This document shows positions 49,849-61,800 of a stretch of DNA of 64,000 nt, piece after piece. The stretch is from Paramoeba atlantica (lineage: Eukaryota; Protista; Discosea), in NCBI GenBank assembly GCA_977017575.1, contig CDRNVI010000040.1:496001-560000 (forward strand), given 5' to 3'. How positions within the stretch are numbered: the stretch's first letter is position 1; the number at the start of each line of letters is the position of its first letter. The notes under the pieces are model-generated. The model had not been told where the DNA came from and made no database searches. It was given only the letters and a program-made list of their open reading frames with translations. The position numbers were made by a program, and so were the translations under genes.

Positions 49849-50904
49849 ATGTTCAGCGTTCGTCCCCTGGTCTCTCGAAACTTGAGAGATCTTTGCAACA
49901 TCGTAAGCACAGACGATTACGTCATCTCTTTGCTCAACAAGTCCAAGCTACGTTCCTTTGCGGAGTTTATCTCCTGGCCCGGGGCGGGGGCGAGAGAGAT
50001 TTACCGATACGTGCTTACCCTCCCAAAAGAGCAGCGTGCCCTACACGCGGTCTTTGGACGAGAGGGGGTTCCGTTGGACTTTTGTGCTGATCTCGACCTT
50101 CCGTTGTCTCCGTCAGATCCGCATGCGCAGCAACAAGGACAGCTTCTTATGGAGGCCACCTGCGACGAAACAGAGCGTACGCTGCAACTCGCCTACGGGA
50201 AGCAATTCTCGAAACTGGTCGTCCTGCAGAGTTTCGCCGTGAACAAACTTTCCTATCACATACATGCCCGGATCGCAGAGGATGTGGCATTCCAGGACAT
50301 CTCGGATTTGTGCAATTTCTCTCGCATTGTGGCGCGTTCCCTCAAGCTACGCTGGAAGAAGGAAGTTCTTGATTCCGGAATTTACCGTACTGGGGGACAG
50401 CTGCGGTTGTACGACTGTGTAAAGAGTATTGGTGATGACGCCACTCTGGACAAGCTTGCGTTGAAGAGACCACTACACTGGAATCCCTGCCCCGACGACC
50501 TTTTTGAGCTCTCCTTAGTCACCCGCCCGCGTTCTGTTGTGCGCGAGCTAATCACGTCCAAGTCCACAGCCCCGGTCGTTAAAATGGAAGATAGCTACGA
50601 TAACTGTATGGATTTTGTAATTAAGACTGTCCCTCGGCTGGAAGAATCCGTAGCACACGCTTACAGTTCTTGGATTCAAATCGGGCTGGCACTGAAAAGT
50701 TTGCACCTGGTTGCACAGTCAAGACCCGATGGGGTGTTATTCGATTTTGAGGATCTTTTTCACACGTTTAGTGCAAAGTCGCCGAAGTACTCACGCGGAG
50801 ATTGTGATAGACAGTGGGCCAGAATGAAAGTGAGGGATGCTGACTGGTTGCGAGCTGTACGGTGTGTTCGGCGATTTTGTAAGAAAAATGTTGACATGCC
50901 ATGA
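49849..50904 (+). CDS. AEP primase with a C-terminal PriCT-2 domain (kinetoplastid mitochondrial primase PRI1/PRI2-like)
   Basis: DFCADLDL (DxD), SYHIH, DSGIYRTGGQLRL; C-terminal YSSWIQIGLAL...FSAKSPKY...CDRQW; presequence-like MFSVRPLVSR. Confidence 0.8.
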   Translation: MFSVRPLVSRNLRDLCNIVSTDDYVISLLNKSKLRSFAEFISWPGAGAREIYRYVLTLPKEQRALHAVFGREGVPLDFCADLDLPLSPSDPHAQQQGQLLMEATCDETERTLQLAYGKQFSKLVVLQSFAVNKLSYHIHARIAEDVAFQDISDLCNFSRIVARSLKLRWKKEVLDSGIYRTGGQLRLYDCVKSIGDDATLDKLALKRPLHWNPCPDDLFELSLVTRPRSVVRELITSKSTAPVVKMEDSYDNCMDFVIKTVPRLEESVAHAYSSWIQIGLALKSLHLVAQSRPDGVLFDFEDLFHTFSAKSPKYSRGDCDRQWARMKVRDADWLRAVRCVRRFCKKNVDMP

Positions 50905-51218
50905 CGTAGGTTTATGGCTTTCAATTCCGTACCTTCAGTCTTCTGTTTTTCAGAACAACTTCACACTTTTAGAAATTTTTCATTTTTCACAAATTTAATT
51001 TAGAACGCAACGTTCAATCACGTTTCGTATCCTTCAGTTTCTGTTATTCCTATGGTCTCTCAACACATCACCTAACTCACTAAAAAACATTTACTGTCAT
51101 AAAAACATTCATTTCTTTGAAGTAGTCTACGAGATGTACATCTTTCTACTTCTGCAACACGTGCACCACCTATTCGCCAAAATACAAAACCACTCGTTTA
51201 TTCTCCTCACCCCCATTT

Positions 51219-52898
51219 ATGTCTTCCCACTGCCTCATCCTTGAGCGACCCAAACCCGGAGCAGACCTCCATCACGTCCTGTTCGTCGACCTCGACAACG
51301 TTGCCTTCTTTCGCGGTGTAGACGAGCGGTTCAGCACCCCCCGTCCCATCGTGCCCCCTCGTAGCTTTGTGTTCTGTATCGTCGCCGCGGACACCATGCT
51401 AAACGTCGCCATTGGCAAGAGTCCGGGCTACTTCCACCTTGTCCAGCGTCACGGTATCGAGATCTGTCCCCTCGGGAGCTGGCGTCCCCCGTTCGTTCTT
51501 CCCCCCGGGGAGGCCAGCAACACCATGAGCCCTTGCCAGGCCCTGCAGCGTCTCGTGCGCTGGGCCCACACCGTGCTGGACCCCGCGATCTCGTTCACCC
51601 TGCTGTACTTCCCGGAGGATAGCGCCTCCGAGACCTCACTGCAGGACTATCTCCAGGGAAGGGACGTGGAGACGATACGACCAGCTCGACACCACTGGTG
51701 GGATCGCGTCGCCTCCCGGCTGGCACGCCGTAAGCCACAGCCCCCTAAGGTGAAGACATCGGAACCATCTCCTCGTAGAGAAGGTGAGGAGGAGGCAGAA
51801 TCAGGGGTTGAAAATCCGATTGAGAACAGGGAGCGGATAGAACCGAGCGCACTCACGGAGGAGGCGTTGCGGTCATGGGGTATTGGAATGGCAGAGCCGG
51901 AGCTGAACGGTGATGCGGGAGAGGGGAAGGAGAAAGGAGAACTTTTTCGGCAGGAAAGTAGGAAGGTGGAAGATAGATGTATCTTAGATACATCTGAGGT
52001 GGTGAAGGAGAGAAGTTTTTCTGTCGAGCCAACATGTGACATTGAGGTGCCGAAGACAGCGGGGGACAAGTTGAGTACCACAGAGCGTCCGACTGTGCTG
52101 GAGCCCGTAAAACAAGTACCTGAACGTGCTTTACCTCCTACAGAGGATGTGGCGACCACGAATACAAAGGATCCGCACATTGCGGAGACTTCTTCGCACC
52201 GAAAACCGTACCGCGAGGTGCCAAAACGAAGCAAAAAGAAAGTAAAGGAACCAGTTCCTGTGGAGTCCTACAACCCCGTAACTTCGCTCCTTCTTAACAT
52301 GAGTGAACCGGAGACATCTCGATCCAGAAAGCGTCGGCAACACCCCGAACTCGCCACGATGGACTCTTTTCGGGCCAACGACATGTTCCCCTCGGAGCAG
52401 CGTGATCTCTCTCCAATAGAAAAGGGTACGACTCAGGAGATACATCCAGGGCCTATAGATAAACATTCTTCACCACAGTACCAGGGGCGTGATGCTCTGC
52501 GTTCTTCTACACATCATCCTCATGCGCACCAACATCGACATCGGCATCACCACCACCATCATCATCATCATGAACGCAGAAGTCATCATACAAGGGAGCA
52601 ATGTCCCACTCACGACCATCCTATTCAATCCAAAGAACATAAAGGTTTTCCTGCGAGAGATGCAGAACGGCACAGAGACGCACGGAAACACAGAGCCCAT
52701 ACCCATAACGAGTCTGATTCTGACTCGCTTAGCAGCGCAGAGGCTTCCGACATGAGTTCTGACTTTAGTTCCTCAGCTTCTCGGCAATCCTCGCTTTCCC
52801 GATCACTTAGTTCACTTAGCTCGGATTTGACAGCTTCTTCGATCTGTTCGAATTCCCTTCGCACCAAATTGATCGCGGCGACAAAGAAAAAATACTAG
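51219..52898 (+). CDS. N-terminal PIN-like (ZNF451-type) domain with a long disordered, His- and Ser-rich tail
   Basis: HVLFVDLDNVAFF motif near the N-terminus; HQHRHRHHHHHHHHE tract; poly-Ser C-terminus. Confidence 0.6.
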   Translation: MSSHCLILERPKPGADLHHVLFVDLDNVAFFRGVDERFSTPRPIVPPRSFVFCIVAADTMLNVAIGKSPGYFHLVQRHGIEICPLGSWRPPFVLPPGEASNTMSPCQALQRLVRWAHTVLDPAISFTLLYFPEDSASETSLQDYLQGRDVETIRPARHHWWDRVASRLARRKPQPPKVKTSEPSPRREGEEEAESGVENPIENRERIEPSALTEEALRSWGIGMAEPELNGDAGEGKEKGELFRQESRKVEDRCILDTSEVVKERSFSVEPTCDIEVPKTAGDKLSTTERPTVLEPVKQVPERALPPTEDVATTNTKDPHIAETSSHRKPYREVPKRSKKKVKEPVPVESYNPVTSLLLNMSEPETSRSRKRRQHPELATMDSFRANDMFPSEQRDLSPIEKGTTQEIHPGPIDKHSSPQYQGRDALRSSTHHPHAHQHRHRHHHHHHHHHERRSHHTREQCPTHDHPIQSKEHKGFPARDAERHRDARKHRAHTHNESDSDSLSSAEASDMSSDFSSSASRQSSLSRSLSSLSSDLTASSICSNSLRTKLIAATKKKY

Positions 52899-53275
52899 AC
52901 GTTCTGAATGGCGTGACAGACTTTTAGGTACGGAGGTTGTTTCGTACACTGTTTGTCAAGAAGTTTTGTCATCTAGCTCAAGAGAGAGGGAGATCTACGT
53001 CTTCTCAGTTTTCCTACAAACTAAATCTATTTTTGAACGCAAAAATTATCTGTGCTTTAGTAGTCCAAGCTTATAGCTCCATATGGTGCCCTATTTTTAC
53101 TAAGTTTTGGCATATTGACTAACATTATACATTATCTATTTCCTTTCCTTGAATAGAGAAGACCATTTCTTGAATGTTTAATTCTTTCTCCTTCACAAAA
53201 TAAAGGTTTATTAAACAAATTTAAATATACCAATTTCATTTTTTCGCTCCCCTCCGCCCTCCTCCCCCCCTCCCC

Positions 53276-54376
53276 ATGCATCGTACCTTCTTCCGCTTCC
53301 TCTACCGCTTCACCCCACCCCATCTCCGAGACCCCAACCCTTTACCATCCAGTTACCCACACGCCCTTGCCCTCCTTCCCCACTCCCCCTCACCCTCCCC
53401 TACCCCCTCCTCCCCTTCCCCCACACAACCCTCCCCCACCCCCTCCTTACCCTCATCCTCCTCCCCCTCCTCTACCGCCTTCACCTTATCCCACCCCTCT
53501 CCCACCCCCACCACCACCACGGATTCCACTCTCCCCGTTGTTTCTGTCCCCTCCAACGCCTTCATCCTACAAGATCCTCCACAACACAAACCCGAACACA
53601 ACCCTCAACACAACCCCCAGCACAATCTCCAACACAACCCCCAACCCAGCACGCAACACAATCTCCAACACAGAGCACAACACAACTCCCAACACAGTAC
53701 GCAACACACCCCCCAACACAGATCCCAGCACAGCAGGCAACACAACCCCCAGCACAGTCCCCAACACAAATCCCAACACAACCCTCAACGGACAACACAG
53801 CACCGTTCACAACGAAGCACACAACACAGTCCCCCACACCACTCCCCACTGAGCACCCAACACAGTCCCCAACACAGTCCCCCACACAGTCCCCCACACA
53901 ACCTACAGCATCGTCCCCCCCACAGCTCCCCCCACAGCCCCGACCCCTCCCCCCTCGACGCGCTCCCCCTCCCCCTCTCCCCGGCCTCCCAGGCCCAGGT
54001 CGCCCGCCTGGTCGCGGCGTACCGCGTGTTCTGGGACCACATCCGGTTCCGCAAGGCCTGGGCCGTCCCCCCCTTCACCTACGACGAGGTGCAGCCCGAG
54101 CTCTCCCGTGCCGCGGAGTACGTGGTGCGGGTCCGGCGGTACCTCGACGGGGTGAGCCCCGGGATGAAGATGCGTATGCTCGACGGGGCCGCGCAGGGGT
54201 TCCTGCGCTCCCGGCGAAGGGAGCAGGTGGTGGGGGACCGGGGGGGGTTTGTACGGGGGTTGGTCCACCACACGTTAAGGGACGCCACGGGGTATGTGGA
54301 GGGGCTGAGTGAGGGGGTGGTGGAGGGGTTGCTGAGGAGGGTGAGGGAGGGGGAGGGGGGGAGAGGGGAGGGGTAG
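53276..54376 (+). CDS. hypothetical protein with Pro/Ser and QH(N/S)P low-complexity repeats, presequence-like N-terminus
   Basis: MHRTFFRFLYRF leader; about 25 QHxP-like tetrapeptides; ordered C-terminal block ARLVAAYRVFWDHIRFRKAW... Confidence 0.6.
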   Translation: MHRTFFRFLYRFTPPHLRDPNPLPSSYPHALALLPHSPSPSPTPSSPSPTQPSPTPSLPSSSSPSSTAFTLSHPSPTPTTTTDSTLPVVSVPSNAFILQDPPQHKPEHNPQHNPQHNLQHNPQPSTQHNLQHRAQHNSQHSTQHTPQHRSQHSRQHNPQHSPQHKSQHNPQRTTQHRSQRSTQHSPPHHSPLSTQHSPQHSPPHSPPHNLQHRPPHSSPHSPDPSPLDALPLPLSPASQAQVARLVAAYRVFWDHIRFRKAWAVPPFTYDEVQPELSRAAEYVVRVRRYLDGVSPGMKMRMLDGAAQGFLRSRRREQVVGDRGGFVRGLVHHTLRDATGYVEGLSEGVVEGLLRRVREGEGGRGEG

Positions 54377-54633
54377 AGGGGGGGTGGCTGGCTTGCGGGT
54401 GTATGGTGGAAAGAAATAGAGTGTAGGAGGGAAAGAATAGAAACGGATTTTTTATAGGGTATTTATGGTAGGATAAGTTTTACTTTGAAGAATGACCCAT
54501 TTTAGCATTTTTAATGTTCTAGTTTTCTTGTACGCTTACTTGCTTCTTTTCCAGTATTATCACGCCGCATTTTTCTTTATACGCTCACAAAATATATTCG
54601 AGTACTTCACACTCGTATCCCTTTTTGTTTGTG

Positions 54634-55278
54634 ATGCTTCAAATTTTGAATCGCGCACAGTTTGAGGCAGCACGCGCGAGTCGAAACTTTCTTGTGGTAC
54701 ACTTCGCGGCGGAATGGTGTGCGCCGTGCAAGCAATTAAACACCGAGTTGGAGTCTTGGGTCAAGTGTCAGCGATTCCCGCTGGTCACCTTTGCGACGAT
54801 TGACGGAGAGGCAAACGAGGACGTCTCCACTGCGATGAACATTCATACCGTACCCCATGTCGTGTTCTTCCGAAAAGGAAAATACGTGTGTGACGTCCAA
54901 GGTGCAAATATACCCGAGATCGAGAGTACGGTTCATCGGGTCTATCAATGCCCCGATGCGGACCAACCACTGGAGGAACGTCTGAAAAACTTAATACACC
55001 GTAGCCCAGTGATGATCTTTCTAACTGGAACTCCTTCGCAGCCTAGGTGTGGGTTTACTGCTCGGGTGTGTGAGGTGTTGAATCGCACCGGCGTTCCGTA
55101 TGACTCATTTGATATTATGAGCGACTCAGAAGTTTTGGACGGACTTAAAACGTACAGCAACTGGCCCACGTACCCACAGCTTTATGTGAAGGGGGAGCTG
55201 ATCGGGGGGTGCGATATTATTTTGGAACTGGACCGAAATGGAACTCTTGAAGCGACATTAAAGGGGGACACTGCATAA
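54634..55278 (+). CDS. Trx-Grx fusion monothiol glutaredoxin (Grx3/4, PICOT-like)
   Basis: HFAAEWCAPC Trx domain; TGTPSQPRCGFT and YSNWPTYPQLYVKGELIGGCDII Grx domain; ATG at 54634. Confidence 0.92.
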   Translation: MLQILNRAQFEAARASRNFLVVHFAAEWCAPCKQLNTELESWVKCQRFPLVTFATIDGEANEDVSTAMNIHTVPHVVFFRKGKYVCDVQGANIPEIESTVHRVYQCPDADQPLEERLKNLIHRSPVMIFLTGTPSQPRCGFTARVCEVLNRTGVPYDSFDIMSDSEVLDGLKTYSNWPTYPQLYVKGELIGGCDIILELDRNGTLEATLKGDTA

Positions 55279-55800
55279 GGTGAATGATTGAGCGCAAGTG
55301 GACGAGTGAAGTTCTTTTTCACATTTTTAGATGAAAGGACTAAACGTGTATGAATTTCACTGGTGACGGAGAACGAATTTAATTTTTTGGCTGTCTCAAG
55401 TGTCTTATAGCAAAAGTAAAGTCTCATAGCGAGTGCAGTTGCAGTTCCCTAATCGACACAATGTAAGCGCGACATACATTATTATTGGGCCAAAAATGGA
55501 CACAATTTTCTCATAAATAAATAACTTTATAACAACAAAAAGAGTGTAAACTACTGTAAAATTTATACTGAGAATTCAAAGTTGTATGGTGTACCGATCA
55601 TAAATTTATTATAGTCTGTATTTGCGTTTAGAGAAATGAATATCCACGTATTCAATAGCACATTTGCAAAACTGTTTTAAACAATGCAGAATTGTTTTCC
55701 ATGTAATATTTCATGTCATGTACGATTATCACATGAAGCGCAATATTTTGCCTAGTAATCACGTAATTCTGCGCGTGTCATTCAGGAATTCTAGTCCACA

Positions 55801-58800
55801 ATGCTGGAGCGTTACGTTGCCAGTGCTTTAGCAAGCATTCTTAGTGATTACATACAGGATGTAAGCGCAGATAACTTAAAATTGTCATTGTGGGCCGGTG
55901 TGGCACATCTGCACAACATTTGGTTTCGACGGGATGCTCTTGATCGGTTTGGGCTACCTTTTTCTCTTCAATATGGCTACATTGGTGAAATATCGATACA
56001 AATTCCATGGTCCGCCATATACACTCAGCCCTGTCGTATTATTTTCAATAAAGTTAGCCTCGTTCTAGAACTACAACAGGGGAATGACTGGAGTCAAGCT
56101 CGAGATCTTCAAAACATATGGAAAATGAATGAGGAGTGTGTTGCTCTGCTTCTAAAAAGGACGCAAAAAAATACTGGGACGCAGTCTTCTGGGGTAGGTA
56201 TGGTGGCAAGTACTTTGGCTTTTGTTAGTAGACTCGCGCAAGCTATTCGTGAAAACATAGAGTTGCAAATCTATGATGTAATGGTGTCTTTGAAATGCGA
56301 AAGAAGTGTATTTGGTTTTCACATCGAACATGTATCTTGGTTAAAAACTTCTAATGTTTGTCCTGAAGGGATTCCCGTTGTCCAAACCAGTCACGGAACA
56401 GAAAGAGTCTTACATCTCCGCGAAATTCTGTCATTTATTGGGCCAGGACCAGAAAAGACAAAACTGTTTATGCCAGATGAGCGATCCTTCAAAGAAGATG
56501 CAGAATCATATTTCGAATCTCTCAGAGAAGTTGCTCCGAAGTATTCGGCATCAGCGTTCTCTGATTGCTATCTTCATGTGGGAGAAGCGCACTGTAAATC
56601 TGTGGCTACTTTGAAGCTTAACACATGCCGGTGGTCCTTCACTAAGAGTCAGTGGAAATGTATCCTTAAACTGTTAGCATGGTGTAATAGCGATCCAAGG
56701 AGGGAACTTGACAGCTTCCTTCCGATACAGCGACCGTGTATTGAGTCATGTCCGCGAAGCGGGTGGAAATATGCAGCAAATTTAATATTCAAAGGAAAGC
56801 ACGTTGCACACAAACGGGTTTTCCTTAATGCAATCAAAGAAGAATACGAGCAAGTATATCGTGATCACATTATAGGAATGCTAAAGAAAACTAATGAGAA
56901 GCTTTCTCTACCCGATGTTATTACCCGTCCGAAAACAATGCGATTGCTGGAAAGAGAACTCTCTCTATCAGAAGTGCTCTCTTCCAGAAAAACCGTTTAC
57001 AAAATTCTTCTTCGTGAAATTTCGACACAAGATCCCCGTTTGCTCTCACCGCTAAACAATGAGGTGTCGTCCACTGGGCGAAAACAATCTTGGAGCGAAT
57101 GGTGGTATGGGGAAAAAGTATTTGAGCAAGATGGTGCAACCGCAGAAGAAATTGCTGAAATTCGTCATATTGTAGATGATCTGAATTCACCTAATGCATC
57201 CGATGGTACGGTGGATGAGTTTTCGGGATCGTTGTTCGAAATTATCACGAGCGAAGTTTCTGTGCATATTGAATCCGAGAAAAATTATCAATTGGAAATA
57301 GAAATGAGCGAGCTGGGCTTCACACACGACATAAAATATAATGAAGAGATATCTGCTTGGAGACTTGATCTTAAAGCGTTTTCCTTCGAAGTCTCAAATA
57401 TTATTTGGGCATCTTGTGTCGCTAATCAGGATATAATGTATTCTTCCGAGATTACAAATCCTCCTGTTCAAAAATGTGTCTCTAACAGTCTTCTTTCACT
57501 CAAGAGCAGTACATCGGATAGTCGAGGCCCACACTTTATCTCTGTGCTATCCTCTCCTGTACATACCAAATATAGTTGGTGTATCAAAAATTTATGTTGC
57601 ATTCTTTCTCCAGGTATGTTTGATTGGGCGAATGATGTTCTTGTATATTGTTCGTCTCACGGGATTGAGCGTAATAAGCACGCGATTAGGAACTGTTTAG
57701 GTCCAAAGGTTCAACGAAGGAACTCCGATATTGATTTCGATGGGCTCTTCCAGAGCACAAGAATTATTCTGTGCAAGGATCGCAGTCGAAACTTAAACAA
57801 GTTCTCACATTGGGTGACTATGGAAATGGATTCGATCTCAATGGGGAAAATTCGTGAAATCAATAATCCCGAACAACCTCGAAAGCACGTGCTTGATTTG
57901 GACTCTTCATCACCTAACAAGTCGCTGCTTGTCTGCGGAGCCACCGTAAAATGCCTATTTTCCGAAGGAGAGGTGTGTTTATTACGCAAATTTTCGTTCA
58001 CGATACAATATGTACGTGCATATGAGATGTTGCAAGATGATCCGCGCTTAATTCTCACTTTTAAAGACAACTTATCAATATGTCTGAAAAAGGAGAATCT
58101 TATTGAGATCAGAGAGCAGATAGGTTTATGGGCAGGACACATTACATATGATACTCAGAAGCCGATTCCCAGGAGAGCTGGCGATCACTTAGCTCTTCTT
58201 TTCGAACTTAGTGCTATCGAAGCTGAAATGACGTCACATGAAGCTAACTACTCGGTTTTAGTTGTCAAGCCTATGGTTTCGTATTCTAGAAAACGTATCT
58301 CAGGGTCGATATCTAGCCTTCAGTTACTTTCCTCTAAGCCCGAAATAATACTTCAGTCATGTAACGACTATTTCAAATTAAGCGATGTGAAATGTGATCC
58401 AGCTTTTGGAAATCATTCTCAAACGAATCTGTTTGCGCGATCTTTTTACATGGTATTGGCACCGGAAGTGGTATCCTTTTTAGAGGAGCTATGGGACGTA
58501 TTTCTTCTCTTTTATTCGGAGCAAACTGTGGATATAACATGCGCTACCATTGACAAAGGTTCTCCTTCTCAGGGAGGAGTTTCCTCTGGAACTTTGGATG
58601 ATGAAAACGATTTAGCGATCAAAATAGACGAAATGGTGATCGATCTGCCTCACAGCTCTACTTCAGGTTCGGAAATTTTGAACGTTCCTCTTAGTATTAA
58701 ATCTCGAAAATTCTGCACCGCTGTCAAGAGATTTCCTAACGTTAACGACTTTCAGAGTTCTCTTGCTCAGTTAACGGGCGAAATAAAAGTCCAAGGGATT

Positions 58801-61800
58801 GAGTGTTGTACAAATAATGATTTTTCTGCTGCCCAGTTTTTGATAAAATGTCCTCTTTTGCGTTGTTTCTTCGGAGTACAGCACAGAATCACCGAATTTG
58901 GCGTGCTGAACGACATTCCTACCCTAAACCTCGAATTTGGTGCTTGTGAATTTGAGATCGCGGATATATTAAACACTGCGATCATCCACGCCGTACGGAG
59001 TGAAGTCTTAATAGAAACCTGGAACAGACTTATCAGCATACCGTCCAGAATTTTTATTGATAATCTCGTTTCCGTAGCTGTTGAGGAGGACCCTATGCAG
59101 CTCAACATATCCTTAAAAGAGGTTTTTATAAATGTGAGCAGTGCGTCGTGCAACGATTATGTTATCTCGATTAGAAATATGCAAATGTACAGTGCGCCCT
59201 TCGTGAACTTTTATCAAACAATTGAGAAGAAAGACGCATTTTTGGAATGTGTTATGGATCATTTTCTTCTACAATGGAAAGCAAAGGACGATCCCATCCT
59301 GTTATTTTCAGAATCCGGTTGGCAATGGGAGCGAACATGCACTGCAGTTTCAAGAAACACTATACAGGTCTATCTTGGAAAGGTGGAGGTCGGTCATATT
59401 GACGAATTGATGGAATTTTATGAAACCTTCTTTCATCACGCTTTGTGTTTAAGAAAGTGCGATCAATCCGAAGAAGTTCTTAATGATTTATTTTATAGTA
59501 CAAGTGTCGACACCAAGAGTACTAACCTAGGCGTCGAATCCTATTTTCATTCATGCTGGACCGTCGATTTTCGCGTGGGAAAGACGACATTCTTGTACCG
59601 CACGTCAAGATTTGTTTTGGCCGATTCGAAACATCGTTTCACTTGGGACAAAGGCTTGTCAAAAATTCTTAATTTTAGGCACACGGCCTCAGATTCTTCA
59701 CTCCAGATCGGTGATTTTGTTATGTCTACCTCCTCACACGATATTCTTTGTAAAGCTAACTTCACCCTCCGCCGCTTCAAGTTCCAAAGCGAAGTTCAGA
59801 ATCCGTCAATACAGTGGAGAGAGCAACCCTCTCTTCGCCTAAGTGCAGATTTCGTTTTTCTACAGATGATTTTTTATGAATGCAGTTCTTCTCTGTGGCG
59901 AAGCTTTCTGTCTTTTTTTACAGCGGAAGTCGATAAAAGTAACCCGGATGAAATTATGCGGCATGTCAAAAAAGGGCATCTTTCTTGTTCCAATCTTTCA
60001 TATCTCCAATCTGAAACTTTTTCAAAAGATCCTTTTCTGCGATTTACGTGCTGTAAATTTTGTTTACACTTTCCTGAAATTAGAGAAAGAGGGAAAAACA
60101 AGTCTGACTTATCTCGATCGAGGGAGGAAAGCAATGAAAGTTTGGTATCTGAATTCGCTTCTCAAAATGCTCAAAATGGATCTGTCTCGATTTCAGGTGC
60201 TGAAGCACTTCTTCTAGGCTCTCCAATCCTGCAAATGCATTCATCGGGAGTCTTCAATGTAAAGCTAATTACCGAATCACTTTTTAGCTTTCCTGTGCGT
60301 GCTGCTCTTTTAGCGAGTGCATATCACTGGTGTTGGCTTTCGCAGCTTCCTCACATTACTCTCAGGCTGAATTCAGACCAATACACTACGCTGATCGGCG
60401 GAAATTTTTTCCCATGCAATTCTTTCGGTGCCCCACTCAGAAACGAAAACTCTTTTTCTATGCATCTTTTTCAGGCCGCTCTGATGAATCTTAACCAATA
60501 TTCCTTGCATTTTCTCGCCATTTCCTGTACCATGGATCTAGGGGGCGACTCGAAGAATAGCTTAGAGCTCCAATTACATGACCTAATTGCTTCGAAAGGA
60601 ATCGATTCTGTGGTACCGTTATCTGGTCAAGACGGTGAAATTTTGATTCGTAAGATTGTTCTTTGTACTGTTCATGGAGGAGGAGGAGGAGGAGAAGAAG
60701 GGGTCGTTTATGCTTCTGGTAGCCCAGAAATTCAACATTTGTTGAGAGCATCAAGTGATACAGGCTCCGATGACTTTTTGGAATCCCTTGAGATCAACCA
60801 ACTTTCAAGCTGCGCATCTGGTAGTTCCATGGAGGCAGATAAACAAAGCACATTCCCGAGCAATTGTTTTCATTTAGCATACTCTGCCAAACAATGGCGT
60901 TTGCAACTCCACCATCTAGAATTCTATCTTGATCTAAATGAACTTCGTCACCTAATACACGATGTTACTCGCTTCATGGAGATTAATCCCTTTCGAACAG
61001 ACTTAACTGTGGGTCTACTTTTGGAAAATCGTGTAACACAACTTTCCTGCAATGCTATCGTATCTCCCTCCCAGGTTTTACTTATTGTCGAAGAATATTT
61101 GTTAGATTATGTCCTTGACCTTGCATCTCATACACTGGAAATCACACGTGATTCGAGGACGTTTTCATCTACTCAAGCGATTATTCTACCTGATTTTACT
61201 AGACTGCGTGTCAAGAACGGAAAAATCAAAATTCCGTATGCGACGAGTATTAACGATTTTGTGCGCCTCGGTAAGCACTCTATGCTTCACGTCGATGAAG
61301 CTTCCGTCTCATACGAATTCGAAGAAACTAAGTTACCTGACTTAAACAAAGAGACAAATGATGCAACGTTTTTGTCGCCTCTTAACGGGTTCGTTGAAGT
61401 TAAAATTAATATTGTATTTCCGATGTGTTCACCAAAATGCTGGTCTTCTATGCTTGAAATGCAAGTAGAATGTTCTAAGGAATCACTTAGTGCTGTGGAC
61501 TACACGTCATTTTCATGGAAGATGCGTTTCTCAAGCAACAAAGACCTTTCGACATCAACTCAATGTGTCCGAGGTAGTATAGAGAATAACAATGTTATCT
61601 TACATCTTCCGAAAATTCGGGGTAACTTAAACCTTGAAAATGTGTACGCCACACTGGAGTCCATGGGTGTAAGTAATTTACGTAGCCCGGAAGTGTTCAA
61701 CGCTTCACCTTCATTTCTTGATACAGAACTCGTCTCCACGATACGGTCATGGTTTAAAAACACGAAAAAACGTTTTCAAGTATTTGTCCAAGGGCTTAAT

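Noticed and set aside
47734-54288. Long antisense or alternative-frame ORFs over the skew islands (47734-48345, 53367-53852, 53562-53897 etc.)
   Set aside because: Same compositional artefact; they translate to poly-G/V/C/F or poly-P.
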